Translations under genes and position numbers: made by a program
Shown here: positions 13,336-26,434 of the stretch, piece by piece
Position numbering within the stretch: position 1 is the first letter of the stretch
How the letters are laid out: each line of letters opens with the position of its first letter
The notes under the pieces: generated by a model
The model's database searches: none
Seen by the model: the letters and a program-made list of their open reading frames with translations, nothing else
What the model was told of the DNA's origin: nothing
NCBI RefSeq assembly: GCF_018977255.1
Contig: NW_024704743.1
Span: 25,298,001 to 25,362,000, forward strand
Reading direction: 5' to 3'
Source of the DNA: Callorhinchus milii
Lineage: Eukaryota
DNA length: 64,000 bases

Positions 13336-13899
13336 CTAAAACAAAAATAAATAGCACAGAGGGGGTTAGTCAGAATAACTTATTCATCAAAATCTTTCCA
13401 ATAATACCATAAACGACAAGGGGTGGGGGAGGGCGGGGTAATAAAAAAATAATTGCATGATCAAGTCAAAATAAATATTTTTAAAAGCGAGGATCAAGGC
13501 TGGAAGTTATCCAAGTCTGTGCCCTAAATATAGGCTCCACTGATATGACCCAACTCAGTAAATTCCTAAAACTGACTAGATAAGAAAAATATCAGGATGA
13601 ACAACAACCTATATGAATGAAGGTCCTTCAAACAGTTAATGTATATGAACATGTTCCCTCCTTCATTCATTTATTTACATTAAAACTTACCTTTATTTAT
13701 TTTGTTGCCTTTCCCATGAGAGTAAATAAAGATAATTTAATTAAGTCAAACATTTCTGAATGAGTCTAAACATTTTAGATAAAGCACGGGAGGGGAGGGG
13801 ATGGGAGGGGGGGCATTGGAAGAGGAGAAAAGCAGCAGTCTCAGAATATCCTAAATGAGAGTACCTGATAATTAGTTGAATCTATGACTATACCCGCAC

Positions 13900-14415
13900 T
13901 GAACATAGGAACAGGAGTAGGCCATTCAGCCCGTTGAGCCTGTTCCACCATTTAATTAGATCATGGCTGATCTATATCTTTACTAGAATTTCAAATCCAA
14001 TTTCCCGCTTTCTCCCTGTATCCCTTGATACCCCGACCTACCAAAAATCTGTCAATCTCTTTCTTGAAGGTGTGGATGGATCCAGCATCCATGACCTTTT
14101 GGGGGAGAGAGTTCCATATTTCTACCACCCTTTAAGTGAAAAAATGCTTCCTAATTTCACTCTTAAATGGTCTGGTTCTAATTTTAAGACTATGCCCCCT
14201 TGTCTTGCATTCCCCCAACATAGGAAATAGCTTTTCTGCATCTACCTTATCAAATCTCTTAATCATCCTGAAAACCTCTATCAAATCACCCCTCAATCTT
14301 CTAAACTCGAGGGAAGAAAACTACGTTTACGCAGCCTTTCCTCATAACTTAACCCTTTTTGGCCTGGTAACATTCTGGTGAACCTGCGCTCCACCCCCTC
14401 CAAGGCTAATATATT
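13900..14415 (-). mobile_element. CR1 LINE 3' fragment
   Basis: Reverse complement of the LRGDLIEVF-type region and the AATGGCCTACTCCTGTTCCTATGTTC tail. Confidence 0.85.
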
Positions 14416-14523
14416 TTTGTGTCAGTGTCATAACTTTTGTAATCTGCAAGGTAGCCATTCTACAAAAAAACAGAAATCAAGCTTTCGTCATCAATTACCT
14501 GTATAGAATTTTAAAGTCCTTAC

Positions 14524-14652
14524 CTTCCATAAACTGGTCTAATGCATGATTTGTGTAGCAAACCACAAGAATAGGAGCAGCACCAGTAGCCTGCCAAACA
14601 TTAATATTAGCTAGAAGAGTCTTGACAACTTTCAGTCCCAAGTAAGTCTTGC
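14524..14652 (-). CDS. ZNFX1: ZNFX1 exon (GKTYLGLKVV...ILVVCYTNHALDQFME)
   Basis: 129 nt; completes Walker A (GPPGT|GKT) across the intron and carries motif Ia TNHALD. Confidence 0.96.
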
Positions 14653-14879
14653 CTATAAATTTGAAACATTAAAGAGGACAAAAGGAAAATAATAAATAGA
14701 ACAGATAGTAAAATTGTAGTAAAACATTTTTTTTCACATTTCCAACAGAGATAGACTGCTGTTTCAGTAAGTTTGCCGATTAACATCTGAATTTATAGCA
14801 GACAGTTATTAGAAAGTATCTTCCTATCTGTAATGGAATGGCATGGAGCACCTCACTCTAATAACACTGTAAGAACAAC

Positions 14880-15200
14880 TATTGGTAGTACTCTCAGCTC
14901 AGAGTCAGAAAGTTGTGAGTTCAAATCCCATGTCGGGATTTGGAACTCATAGATGAGACTAATGCAGTGCCTGGGGGAGAGGGCACTAAATTGATGGAGG
15001 TGCCATCCTTCGTATGAGTCGTTAATTCAAGACTCTGTTTGCCTGTTCAGGTGGACATTAAACATCCCTGTGTAAAACATTGCTGTGTGCAACTTGCTGC
15101 TGTGTTCGCCAACAAAACACACAGTCACTGCACTGCACAGTAAATCCTGTTAAGCGCTTTGGATCTTTTTCCCCCGACACCAAATATGAGTATTATTATT
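14880..15200 (+). mobile_element. Older SINE with Deu-domain-like core
   Basis: TGCCTGTTCAGGTGGACATTAAACATCCC core; related copies at 12560-12980 (-), 28780-29170 (-), 43130-43540 (-), 45290-45410 (+) and 61290-61545 (+). Confidence 0.7.
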
Positions 15201-15407
15201 AGTGTAATAAAAAGACATTGGGACATAGAATATTAGGTTTTTAATAGGCACACTACATCACACAGGAGTGTCTTGATATAACTAATATGGGGCTACAGTC
15301 TAACTATAACTTTCCGGTATATTTAGCAAGAAGGTATAAAATATCAGCCTGCTGGGTACAGCGTAAAACAGCATTCACTTCAAATGACTTAATGAAACGC
15401 ATTTTAC

Positions 15408-17063
15408 CTGTTCCTGGGGGACCTTGGATAATGGCAAGCTCTTTGGTTAAAGCCAATTGTACTGCACGCATTTGCGATGCATCAAAGGTTAATTCCTCCT
15501 TCGAAGGCCACTTTGTGAAATCAAGCAAATTTTTCATCAAGATGTTTGGGGGCTCGTGCAACCTCATCCCATAATCCAGCAGGCCATCACCACTGGAAAT
15601 GGCATTATGAGGCCTTCTCAAGTCTTTGAGGGCTTGTTCTTCAATCAAAGGCTGGAGCGTGTAGGTAAAAGATCCATGTTTTATGTACTCTGGTTCTGAT
15701 ACCTCAGGGTGGCATTGGACAATGTATTTTTGCATAGGAAAATCATCAGCTTCAATCTCTTTAAGACCTTCCAGGACGTGTCGGTAGGCTTCAAAGTACG
15801 CGCTTGTTTCAACCATTAGAAACAAGTCTCCTGGCTTAACATCAGCCAACTTCAAGCGACTGTCTTCAGTGAATATAATGGTGATCAAACCCTTTTTCAA
15901 TTCTTCAATATTTCGGTTCGCCACAGTTGCAAACAACATATTTTTAAAACGATCTTTGGAAAGGCAAACGAGTGACCCATACAATAAGCGCTTGGAGTTT
16001 TCCCATTTAATGGACTTTAGCAACTTCATGTTAAAATGAACTTGGTACAAGATACCATTTTGTGTGCACAATGGTGCAGATATTTGTGCATCAAAATAAA
16101 TTCGGATGTCATTAATCTGTCTCTTCTTCAGGTCTTTATCTTCGTATGCTAATAGTTCAGAAATCCCTTCTCTCAACGGGCGAACAAAGTCTTCTCGGAG
16201 CAGGCGAAAATGTGTGTCGAGGTATGTGACTACGTCAGGATATTTTCCAGTGACGATATTTGGCCTCACAAAGGGCTTCTCAATCAAATGGATGTCCTCA
16301 TAAGTTGGATATATTGAAATTAGTCTGAAGTCTTCTATTGCAGGGTCTGTGAAAAAGTTGTAGTTATCTGAATTCAATGCCTTTTCTCGTTTTTTCTCTT
16401 GTAAAAGCTGGACCATTTGCTGAAGGTTTTCTAAACTCTTCTTAGTTTCTACATCAATGGGTATTCCAAAGGACTCCTGGTGGTTCATAGCTGATTCCAC
16501 CAAAGTGGCCAGTAATGACACTTCCATAAATCCACTTTTTGGGTAGACGCTAATTATCTCAGTGAGCAGCTTTAGAATGTAAGCAAGATGTTTGAACCTT
16601 TCCAAGTGTTTTTCTATAGTCACCTCTGTGTGAATGCTAACAATGAACCTAGGCAAAGTGATTTTCACAAAGGGAGAATCTTTGACCGTACCGAGCAGAT
16701 ATTGTAAATTCTGCCTGTTAGATCTGCATTTAATTGCGGTCATGAAAATTTCCAGGAGCAGCACAATTGAGTCGTTGTTGATTTCATTCTGGTCTAAGAA
16801 TTCCTTGAGACCACTCCCTGGAGCAGCTAACTTCATTACAATGTCTGAAGGATTCTTTCCTGACAGCTCCAGCAGAGCCCCTTTGCCTAGTCGCCGTGGG
16901 ACGCGTGGAACAGATTGACCACGTTTATTTTCCCTCTTGGTTTTACGGTTGTCATTTAGCTCTGGTTTTTCACAGACCTGGCTTCTGCTGCGTTGCTTTG
17001 AAGAATTTTCTTGGTCACCATCAGTATTGGCACTACCCAGTGCTTGGCGGTAGGGCTGCCTGC
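15408..17063 (-). CDS. ZNFX1: ZNFX1 large exon (N-terminal helical region through IIQGPPGT)
   Basis: Includes the 510-aa ORF up to the donor at 15407 (YLDTHFRLLREDFVRPLREGI, WENSKRLLYGSLVCLS, YFEAYRHVLEGL). The frame stays open upstream to the acceptor ttctag| at 17066-17064. Confidence 0.96.
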
Positions 17064-17129
17064 CTAGAATTGTACGGGGGGTGTGGGAGGAGGGTTAAAA
17101 AACATATACATTAAAAAAAAATGAGTGTA

Positions 17130-17445
17130 GTCCTGTAGCTCAGCTGTTAGAGTGCTGACCTCGCAAGCGCAAGACCAGGGTTCAATTCCCGGTAGGGCCA
17201 AATGATGAGCAAGTCTCCACACACTTCTGTTTACCTAGCAGTAAGTTGGAACCCGGTTGTTAGTCGATTGGCAGATCGCTTTTCAGGGGGTAATAATTCC
17301 TTCCAAAAAAAAAATTGGTCACTCAATCCACAACTGTTTGTGGGACACTGCTGTCACTATACTTTACAGTACATTCTGTGAAGCGCTTTGAGACATCTCT
17401 AAGACGTGATAAGGCGCTATATCAAATGCAAGGATTATTATTATT
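17130..17445 (+). mobile_element. tRNA-headed SINE, variant subfamily
   Basis: Same head and tail, plus an internal TGTTTACCTAGCAGTAAG...GTTAGTCGATTGG segment. Confidence 0.88.
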
Positions 17446-18209
17446 TTAGTCATTGCAGACTAATATTAACATATTCGCTAAGCAGTGCTATTTGTAACTT
17501 GCATTTTACAAATGTTAATTGCCGACAAACAAAAATGTCTGGTTGCAATTCCTAAAGGACAGAAAAGTGTGGAGGAAAACAAAAGCTGGCACGCTATAGA
17601 GCAATTACAAAATAGTCAGCAAAGCCTGTAGAGAAAAAGGCATGGATCATTTACTAAAGTAGAGCCTTCATAGGCGGCTCGGGCTAGAGAGGCAGAAAAA
17701 TAAGTTGTTTAAGAGTTATTTCACCATCTTCCTATTTCGCAAACAAGCAGCAATCAAGGACATTAAAACACAGAAGTACAATGCTTTTGGAAGAAAACAT
17801 GACAGCATACATTTTGGAAATGAATGTTCTCTGCTGAATTTCTTCTGTTGTTTAAAATTAACTTTGTTACCAATGTTTCCCTTCCCATCTCTATAATTTC
17901 ATCATGCAACAATATTTTTAAAAAATACAAGACTTCAAAAATATTCAGACCAGAAATCAGCTCCATAAAGGAGGGTAAAGCTTAACTGTGTGAGTAAATG
18001 ATCTTGTACTTCTTTGAAAGGAGAGTGATGGTGAGGGAGGGGGGAGAAATAAATTTCAGAGTTATTCCAGAGTTACGACTGTTTGTGGGACACTGTTGTG
18101 CGCAATTGGCTGCTGCATTTCGCCCACAAAATATAGTCAATTCACTTTACAGTATATTCTGTGAAGTGCTTTGAAGGGTTATTATTATAATAAAGTCTTC
18201 ATTGCTCAC

Positions 18210-18407
18210 CTCGTTCTTGGTGGTGCCTTTGTGTCTCATTCTCCAAACTGCCTCTTGAGAGGCTGAGCAGATCAGTAAAGCTACTATGGAGCCTGGGATT
18301 TCCGGAGTGTACATGTGTAGTTGGAGGAAATTGAGTATTGTAAAACACCTGATGGCTTTGTAAACCCAGGTGGGGTTCTCCTTTTTGGCCACGTTTCTGA
18401 CACTGTC
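18210..18407 (-). CDS. ZNFX1: Putative ZNFX1 N-terminal exon (QCQKRGQKGEPHLG...RHHQER)
   Basis: 198 nt, tttcag| and |gtgagc boundaries, open in the phase 1-1 frame required by its neighbours. Confidence 0.72.
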
Positions 18408-19201
18408 CTGAAATTTAAAATTAAAAGTTGAACTTTCTCAAAAAGCATACTGTTAATAAATAACAACTTGCTGGATGATTGCTCATCAAATAACTGCAAG
18501 ACACAAGATCCGCTTTGGAGCAAAAGTAATACTGCAGATGCCATCTTCCACCTTATCTTCAAAATGGGCTCAACATGTACCAAACCTCAAACGGTATAAC
18601 AATTAAACAGGTAAAATTAGTTCAAGTTCTTTGAAAATAGCATTGAAATGTCTATTGCAAATGTAAGGTTCGGTAGAGATCCCTCAAATGTTTAGTTAAT
18701 AGTAGGTAGATCAGAATGCAACAAGGCAGGATAACATCAAAATTGGCCAAAGGGCCTTCTTAAACAAACTGATCTTGTCATTTTGCCTTTGTTTTCTATC
18801 ATCAATCCAGCTTGCTGTTCATTCACAATTAGCTTACTAATACTTCTATAAAAACACTCACACTCCAATCTTTACCAAAATCCTAATATGTTACATGGAA
18901 TGCATAGTCCTAATCTCTAGTTTTATGGCATTTGTATACAGAATTCCGTCATGTGAGGACAGGTGACAATGCTTCAAAATCCACCCTCACCATTCCTTAG
19001 TTCAGTGCTTTTTAATCTGAACATTGATGGCATCCCTTCAGCACTACCAAGCAATTTTACTCACTACGGATGTTAGGCCAATTGGATTATCTGCATTACA
19101 ATTTGGTAACAAAAAACAAAGTGCTTCTTTTAAACCAGGCTTTCCATTCCCCTCTCCCTCCAAAGGATCCTGTTCAGCTCTCCAGTCTGCCTTTCACTCA
19201 C

Positions 19202-19675
19202 CTCTGCCTTGCGTTCTTTCTGCATAACCTCTGATTCCAGATGGATGACCTCCTCTGTGACCAGACTGATGACCACCTCGATTTCCAGTCTGATGGCCTC
19301 CCCTGTGACCAGACTGGTGGCCTCCCCTGTGACCAGACTGGTGGCCTCCCCTGTGACCAGACTGGTGGCCTCCCCTGTGACCAGACTGGTGGCCTCCCCT
19401 GTGACCAGACTGGTTTCCAAAGTTGTGTCCTTGTTGAGCTTGGCTCTGATCATCTAATCTCGAATGTCCTTGAATTCTTTGCAAAGATTCAGATTGTTGA
19501 AAAACAGCAAGATACTGGCTACTCCCACCGAAACTTCTATCTTGTGAACGATGGCGGTTTGGCTGACTGTTACCAGAAGCATGTCCTCTGCTCTGCTGGC
19601 CGATGAGGAAAGGCTGCCCAAAATATGCTGGTGTATTGGGCAGATAGTGAGAAAAGGTTTTAACAAGTTTTGTTC
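19202..19675 (-). CDS. ZNFX1: Putative ZNFX1 N-terminal low-complexity exon with GGHQSGHR repeats
   Basis: 474 nt, ccttag| and |gtgagt boundaries, fully open, phase 1-1. Confidence 0.78.
19229..19420 (-). repeat. Coding 24-bp tandem repeat (GGAGGCCACCAGTCTGGTCACAGG), about 8 units, encoding GGHQSGHR
   Basis: Directly visible: four consecutive identical units plus degenerate flanking units. Confidence 0.95.
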
Positions 19676-21041
19676 CTAAGGTGGGTGAGGAGTCACTCAG
19701 TCCAAATTATAGAATGTGGCATTTATTCTATACAGTACAATGAAAACCAAAATTGTAACTTTCCATTTGTAATTATTGCAATATGCAGAACATTTTATCC
19801 CAATAGAATAGCTGTTCTGAAGATAAAGTAAAGGGTGGAATTTCCTAACACAAACCATTGAGGTGGAATTCATGAATACCTAGAGATTAAATAGATGCTT
19901 TGAAAGAGAAAGAATATTAAAGATTATGGAGAACAATCAAGAGAATGGGATTAGACTAGGTGATTCGTGTGGAGAAAGACACCAACAGAAACTAGTGGGT
20001 TGGATGACCTGTTTCTATGTTGTAACATTTATGATTCTGTGATCTTTATAATGATAATTCCTGATCTAGTTTCCTATTCCACATTTCAGATAAGCAAAAC
20101 TTATTCTGGCTACATGTCATAAAGCTGCCAAAAAACATTTAGTTTCTGGAGAGACCTACACTTACACAGTCACTATACTCTAGAGTAAAACTGTGAAGCA
20201 CTTTTATACAATGTGATAAGGCATGATATCAAATATTATTATTATTATCATTAAGGCTAATGAACCATGAGATCTGTAGAAATTAGAGGTAGTTTATAAT
20301 TTAGTGGGGATGACGGTTGGTTGTGTTGACAGTGAAGGCAAAGCAATTTTCAAGAGGATCAAATGAGCCACTGAGTTGCGGGCAGGTGTAGAAATGTAAA
20401 GGTGAGAAATATAGAAGCAAGAGCAGATAAGATAGTGAGAGTACGGGGTGGGGGAACAGAGTCAATCCTGTTGGGATTTTGTTTCAGGAGAGAAATAATA
20501 TCATGAAACGAAAGTCTCAGGAACTACAAATAAAATGGGATTGTAGACAAGTTGAAAGCAAAGTGGTGTTTCCTGGGTTGTTTGGGGTATTATCTGGGAT
20601 CATGAAAAGAACGAGCAGATAATCAACATCAGTTAGGAAAATTGTGCATGCAGTAAGGATATCAAATTTGTAGACAACTTAAGAACGTCATTTCAGGTAG
20701 AAGGAATAGTTAAAGGAAGAATAATTCTATGTAAATCTATGTGACACACCATTTAACACTGTCTAGACACACTCTGGACACACATTAATACAATGTTTAC
20801 TGGGAGAGATGTTGAAGTGAAAACAAAGCAAGCCAGAGTAACTAACTACAAGAGATTATAATCAATTACAGTAGTTTATTTACATTTAGGTCCTAGATCC
20901 ACCCATTTAAAAACGATTTGTAAAATGTGTTTGAGTATATAATTTTTTTTACAGAGGATGCCATTTTGTTTTGAAATCTAAATTTGTTCTCATTTGCATA
21001 TATCTGCCATTGTCTGATATGAACACATGAAAACCGCTCAC

Positions 21042-21120
21042 CTGCCATATCTTCATCCTTACATGTAAGATCACGTGACTGCTTTCTGCTTTGGTTTGAA
21101 TAACTTCTAGAAGATGCCAT
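21042..21120 (-). CDS. ZNFX1: Putative ZNFX1 first coding exon (MASSRSYSNQSRKQSRDLTCKDEDMA)
   Basis: Acceptor tttcctag|aaATGG and donor GCAG|gtgagc in phase 1, which joins the downstream exons in frame. Confidence 0.75.
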
Positions 21121-22861
21121 TTCTAGGAAACTGATAAGTAAAGTGGATTATGCCCAATTGGTTACAAAGCGTGAAAGAAAACTGATAAAATATCATGCAT
21201 ACGCTGTAGTCTCTACATTGGTCAAGGTATTTTTTTTCAGGTCAGAAGTGTGTCTGACACGTGCACAAACTATTGAGAGTTCCACATATCCATGTAAATT
21301 TAATTTTTTATGCTATATAGTGAGCACTCACTCCTCAGAGAGATGCACCTGGTTTACCCAATTCCAAGGCTTCGAAATGTGAAGGGTGCTAAATAAATGT
21401 GAATTGCTGTTGTTACTTCATAGATAGTTCCCAACCCAGCAGGTTAATTAATTTGTTATGCATTCTGTTGACTGCAATGGATCAATTCTTAACCCACATT
21501 ATGCTTTACGTGAGAGAATAAAGACTGACGTTGGTTACCCTCCCTGCTAATAGTCTGTTTTTTCAAAATTTGAGACTACCACACCTGCACCCTCAAAGTC
21601 CTCTATTCACGCATCTCTATCTTCTACATAACCACACATGGACATTCGATAAAGGAAAAAACAGACACTCTTCATTTCTAATCAAGGTGACAAAGGTTCT
21701 CAGCAGATTTTCATTTAAGAAAATGTAGAGTACTACAAATGTTAAGTAACCTTCATTATAAGTAAAATGCATAATAACAACAGAATAATAATCAACTGAG
21801 CAATCAAATGGTTTATTAACATATTAAATTATTGCAAATATATGTTTCATACTGGCAAAGCTTAGCAATATATATTTGATGGCTCTGTGTCGTCTCTGAA
21901 GCGTTATGAAGGTCAGGGGTGGGGGCGCAGATATGGTGGATGCCTTTACCCCCTGTCTGGGCCTCTCTCCCTGGTGGTCTCCATGACTGTGACTCACCAA
22001 TCTCCAGGGTCCTTCAGACCTGGGGACCCTAAGCCATGGTTTAACTTGGTTTATTGGTTAGTCCTATCATGCCACTTACCTCCTCCCCCAACTAGTTACT
22101 AGTGGGTCACCAGACAAGCAGATGTTTGAGCTCTCATCAGGTGGATGGCAGATGAGGGCAATGAAATAGTATCTCAATCCACTCAAATGTATAGGATTTT
22201 AACATTATTTAATTGGACCTCCCCCATTCTATTTTCTTTCTGTTCTTTTGGAGGAAAAAAAAGCTGCTTTAACTCTTCTTTATCTCTCTCACTCTCTTTC
22301 TTTCTCTCACACACAAAAGGTGTGATCCAATGACACTAACATACACAATCGCGTGATATTTTGGATCCAATGCCATGGTAGAACAACAAATATTGACAAG
22401 GCCACATCATAGCAACAAACCTGTTGGACCTTTGACCCCCTCTCACCCCACCATTAAATGCAGAAAGTTGGGAGTGGAGTGAACACAATAAATCCCCAGT
22501 AGCAGATTGCAGTATCAGACTAGATTAAAGTGAATTCAAAGTCCTTGAAACTACAACCTCGAAACTTAAGAGGTGAGAACCAGAGACACAGGAGTTGAAT
22601 TTTTTTTGGCAAAAAAACCCCCCCAAAAAGCCAGTAGGCAAAGCCTAGAGAAATATTTTTCTTAGTCCTTGAGAACCACTCCCTGGGTGGGTATCTGTGT
22701 GACACCCAGGCAAACACCACACTGCCCAAGAGAGGAGAAACAACACCCACAGATGAGTCGACAGTTTTCGGATCAGGTGAAAAAAATACATTGAGAGCCA
22801 CTCAGAAAGGCAGCAGAGAGAGAGAGAGAAAGAAATACTAACATTACTAGAAAGTAATGAA

Positions 22862-23184
22862 GTCCTGTAACTCAGTGGTTAGAGCACTCGCTTTGCAAGC
22901 GAGAGACCTGAGTTCAATTCCAGGCAGGTCAGGGCGAAACCTTGGGCAAGTTTCCTTACTCCACACGCCTAATAATAATCCCTCCAAAAAAACCAAAAAT
23001 AATAATAAAATTGGTCATTTTTCAATCTACGACTGTTTGTGGGACAGTGCTGTGCGCAATTGGCTGCCGCGTTCGCCCACAAATATACAGTCAATTCACT
23101 TTACAGTGTGTTCTGCAAAGCGCTTTGGGACATCTAGAAGACGTGAAAAGCGCTATACCAAATGCAAAGATTATTATTATTATT
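22862..23184 (+). mobile_element. tRNA-headed SINE, full length
   Basis: Same family as 7516-7824, ending in (TAT)n. Confidence 0.92.
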
Positions 23185-23579
23185 AAAGTACTGGATCTTA
23201 TTACTTACCATTGGTAAGGTTGTTTGCAGGAGGGGAACTTAAGCGGAACCGCTGCACTCGAAAAATCGGGGATATGGGCAATAGAAAGGGCACTTTCTAT
23301 TAATTCTGCCTTTCTAGGGATTCTCTCTCTCTCTCTCTCTAGAGAGAAAGAAAAAAAAACATGTTTTTTCCCCTCTCCCCCAACAAACAATAACAAAAAA
23401 GATACCAATTCAGGATTTGCCTCAACCCTTTCCTCCCTCGAACCGAGCAACTTAGTATAAGGGGTTTTGACTGATGTGGGAAATAAAAAGGGAGATTCTC
23501 ACCTGGTTTAGATAAGAGAGGACTCTGGCCAGGTGGCTCCTCTGGTGACTGTGACTCTCACCTCTGCATATCTGTCAAG

Positions 23580-24335
23580 CTCTCTCTCTCTCTCTCTCAC
23601 TGTGTTTCTCACTGTATGTCTCTCTCTCTCACTGTATTTCTCACTGTGTCTTTCTCTCACTGTGTTTCTCACTGTATGTCTCTCTCTCTCACTGTATTTC
23701 TCACTGTGTGTCTTTCTCTCACTGTGCTTCTCACTGTATGTCTCTCTCTCTCACTGTATTTCTCACTGTGTGTCTTTCTCTCACTGTGTTTCTCACTGTG
23801 TCTCTCTCTCACTGTGTTTCTCACTGCGTCTCTCTCTCACTGTGTTTCTCACTGCGTCTCTCACTGTGTTTCTCACTGTGCGTCTCTCTCACTGTGTTTC
23901 TCACTGTGTGTGTCTCCCTCTGTGTGTGTGTGTCTCCCTCTGTGTGTATGAGCTGTCTGTAGCTCCCTCTCTCTGTGTGTGTGTGTCTCCCTCTGTGTGT
24001 GTATGAGCTGTCTGTAGCTCCCTCTGTGTGTGTGTGTCTCCCTCTGTGTGTGTATGAGCTGTCTGTAGCTCCCTCTCTGTGTGTGTGTGTCTCCCTCTGT
24101 GTGTGTATGAGCTGTCTGTAGCTCCCTCTCTGTGTGTGTGTGTCTCCCTCTGTGTGTGTATGAGCTGTCTGTAGCTCCCTCTGTGTGTGTGTGTGTGTCT
24201 CCCTCTGTGTGTGTATGAGCTGTCTGTAGCTCCCTCTCTGTGTGTGTGTGTGTGTCTCCCTCTGTGTGTGTATGAGCTGTCTGTAGCTCCCTCTCTCTGT
24301 GTGTGTGTGTCTCCCTCTGTGTGTTTATGAGGTGT
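23580..24335. repeat. Compound minisatellite (TCTCACTGTGTT-type units, then roughly 50-bp TATGAGCTGTCTGTAGCTCCCTC(TG)n units)
   Basis: Directly visible tandem units. Confidence 0.95.
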
Positions 24336-24348
24336 CTCTGGACGTTGC

Positions 24349-24475
24349 AGTTTCGATTTCCCAGTTCCTCGTCGCCCCAATCCTGACTCTGCAGCCAATA
24401 GTACCTTCTGCACTCCCCTTTGCTTATCCATTACGTTACGAAAGCGAAACCAATCTGGTGCGCGTTTCTCAGAAA
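24349..24475. promoter_or_regulatory. Candidate interferon-responsive ZNFX1 promoter: 2 ISRE/IRF-E sites, 1 GAS site, 3 CCAAT boxes
   Basis: AGTTTCGATTTCCC at 24349-24362; GAAAGCGAAACC at 24440-24451; TTCTCAGAA at 24466-24474; CCAAT at 24377, 24395 and 24450; local CpG enrichment; lies upstream of ZNFX1. Confidence 0.75.
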
Positions 24476-25906
24476 AGCATCTGAGATTTGGTTGTGCAAA
24501 GACACACAGACGCACATACCATCCCACCAGGGCCACTGCTGTTGCTGACAGTCCAGTGTGGACTTGCCTGTGACAACCCTCTCAAGTGCAAATGAGAAGC
24601 TTATTTTTTTATATATTAAAAAAAATACTGGTCACCCAACAGAGAAATGTCATTTATTACGTTATTTTAAATATAGGTTCATTTTGCAACTGCCCCTCTC
24701 CACTTCCATCACTTTTTTTTTAAGAAAGCAAAACCAATCTGGTGCATTGCTCTGGCCCCCACCTTCTGAAACTCCATCCCACATTCCCTTCGCCTCGCCT
24801 CGCTCCGCTCCCAACCCCCATTTCCTTCAAGGCATGCCTCAAGACCCTCCGATTTGACCGTGCCTTCGGCCACCCTCCTACCCTCCCTGATCTCTCCCAA
24901 GAAGCTAGAATCCTCCCACGTGGGACAGTGAGAGACTGAGATAATGAGAGAGACTGGGACTGAGAGAGGGAGAGAATATATTATAGTGTTGTGACTGTGT
25001 TTTGTGGGAGAGACAGAGAGAGAAACTGAAAGAGAAACTGACATGGTGAGAGAGAGAGCGAGAGTGATTGGGAGAGACTGGGAGAGAGAGAGGCTATGAG
25101 AGAAAATATATTGAAGGAGTCCTCCCAGCTGAGTATAATGTCTAAACAAAATGTCTGTGTGTCAACTGACATTCCATATCCGACCCTTTGGTTTCAAGCG
25201 AACCTGCAACCGGTACAGCTAGTCACTAATAAAGTATGTTGGACAGAAAATGTAATAAATGTTTATTTGGTATTGAACACAATTTTGTACTGAACAAACA
25301 GAGCTAGGACAGAGGAAACAAACAATCACCAAACTATCACTCTCTCCACAATTTAGACTACTGCAAGGAGTCTCTCTACACTTTTGACCATTGTAGTTTT
25401 AAATGTTTATGAAACTTGAATTCAAGATTTAACAGTAGTTAAAATAATCTACAAAAAAATAACTCCATTGGCTAATGGACAAACAATACTTCACAATCAG
25501 TTATCAGAGAACCCTTGGCTTTGGCAGCTTCAAGTCTCTCTGCCATGAGAGAATAAGTCCTGAAATAAAAAAAATGTTAGTTACAAATGTATATTTAGAT
25601 TGGTAGATAGAGCCAATTCACAGGCGGATGACATTTCTGGCTTTAACCCTTTGAATCATTCTGATGAATCTGCCCTGCAGTGTCCAAAACTGAACTCAGT
25701 ACTCCAGATGGGGTCTGACCAAGATTAAGTTGAAGACATGTCCCTGTGAGTCAGCATCATAGACTTCAGATTCTACCACCTATGAAATTACCACAAAAAA
25801 CTTATGTTCACTTCCTACTGAATTATTTACAGTAAATAGATTTATAAAACCAATGCTTTTTGATTACTGTGAAGCTGGATAATACATTCTTACATGGGCT
25901 GCTTTA

Positions 25907-25944
25907 TCAAGATCTTGGGTAGTCCGGTCCAGGTTTTGAAAGAC
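25907..25944 (-). CDS. SNRPB-like: SmB-like last coding exon (GLSKPGPDYPRS*)
   Basis: Strong acceptor tcttttcttttag|; 12-residue ending with the same length and PG/PR positions as SmB' GPPPPGMRPPRP*. Confidence 0.8.
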
Positions 25945-26434
25945 CTAAAAGAAAAGATGTAAGATGATCATTGCAGTTTGCATCACATACTTAACAGACT
26001 TGAAACAATTTTAAAATGGGACAATTTTTCCACTCCCACTTCAGCATGAATAAAAAAGAATCGTAAAATAGAAATGACAAGAACCAAATCTGGTAATAAT
26101 GATCTTGGTCTGCAAACACCATTAATTTGCTGAATATGTAACTTTATGCTGAAATTTGTCTCAAGATTATGCTATGCAAGTGTACATCAGTGCTCAGTGA
26201 CCTTCACAATTAAGATGCACATTAACATCAGTTAGTCATTTTTATTTGAAAATCTATTGTGGACAATAAAAATGTAATTAACACTAAGAAGCTATGATAA
26301 AGGATAGAGAAAAAACTTTGCAGAACCAATGATTTGAATGATTTGGATTGTGGGATATTTATAGATTCAATATGAGACAGGATCAAAGAAAAGAGCACAA
26401 AACAATATTGGAGTTGAATTTGTAATATTCCCAA

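Noticed and set aside
23201..23300. U1 snRNA-like start (TACTTACC)
   Set aside because: No further U1 similarity; it is the reverse complement of a 5' splice site.
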